A stretch of 64,000 nt of DNA from Minisyncoccota bacterium (GTDB lineage: Bacteria > Patescibacteriota > Minisyncoccia > Phycocordibacterales > UBA9973): contig JAQULK010000001.1 of the NCBI GenBank assembly GCA_028718635.1, forward strand, positions 152,626 through 216,625, read 5' to 3'. Each line of letters starts with the position of its first letter. The stretch's first letter is position 1. Shown here one piece after another: positions 63,774 through 64,000 of this stretch. A program made the translations under genes and the position numbers. Under the pieces are notes generated by a model. The model ran no database searches, had not been told where the DNA came from, and was given only the letters and a program-made list of their open reading frames with translations.

Positions 63774-64000
63774 GGATGGCTAAACAAGAAACGCTAGGAA
63801 CAAGAAATTGGTACGCAATACATACTTATGCCGGATACGAGAACGTTGTTCTTCGTAATTTGAAACAGCGCATAGACTCTCTCGGGATGAATGATAAAAT
63901 TTTTAACGTGATTGTCCCAGTTGAAAAGAAAATAAAAATCAAAGCCGGCAAGCGAGTAGAAGTGGAAGAAAAAATTTATCCCGGATATGTGTTGGTGGAT
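63774..64000 (+). CDS. nusG: Transcription termination/antitermination factor NusG (5' partial; continues beyond window)
   Basis: MAKQETLGTRNWYAIHTYAGYENVV... NGN domain N-terminus. Confidence 0.8.

Overview
This window is AT-rich bacterial chromosome with a small-genome, possibly CPR/Patescibacteria-like character (my inference). The inference rests on PolA lacking a 3'-5' exonuclease domain, a short UvrC, many large surface proteins with peptidoglycan-binding domains, type IV pilus genes, and frequent -10 boxes right upstream of start codons. It carries housekeeping and accessory loci.

Main loci, in order:
- A truncated inositol-monophosphatase gene, then a lysine (diaminopimelate) operon dapB-dapA-dapL-dapF.
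- A PilB/GspE secretion ATPase, then polA.
- A uvrB-uvrA-uvrC cluster followed by a novel Cys-rich protein and a SpoU methyltransferase.
- mutM, ruvA and rpsT.
- A thioredoxin-like gene with an ABC-2 exporter, cspA and rsuA.
- A proline operon proB-proC-proA.
- Three large secreted/surface repeat proteins.
- A MacAB-like efflux module (HlyD adaptor, ABC ATPase, two FtsX-type permeases).
- A DUF318 permease.
- Two HNH endonucleases, each packed against tRNA genes.
- ruvX followed by pilM-pilN-pilO.
- A tRNA-Val to tRNA-Arg island (coiled-coil ORF, Bro-N/DinD-like protein, beta-helix surface protein), followed by a SWIM protein and a Fic protein.
- An RluA-family synthase, a second paralogue of the Cys-rich protein, rplS, an MFS transporter, tsaC, an NRAMP transporter and murB.
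- A GC-richer AbiEi/AbiEii pair.
- An FKBP isomerase, a SIMPL protein, secE and the start of nusG.
- Seven tRNA genes in total.

Most unusual observations:
- Several small GC-rich palindromic elements sit in-frame inside essential genes (uvrB, uvrA, polA, mutM, rluA), much like Rickettsia palindromic elements. Related copies occur in intergenic regions.
- A ~125-bp MITE-like element with terminal inverted repeats occurs twice and supplies the ATG start codon to murB and to a membrane-protein gene.
- Two full-length paralogues of an uncharacterised ~570-aa Cys-rich protein family each sit next to an RNA-modification gene.
- Intergenic repeat families carry compensatory hairpins.
- Fragments of tRNA genes are duplicated next to the tRNAs.
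- A leader module is shared upstream of uvrC, rplS and nusG.
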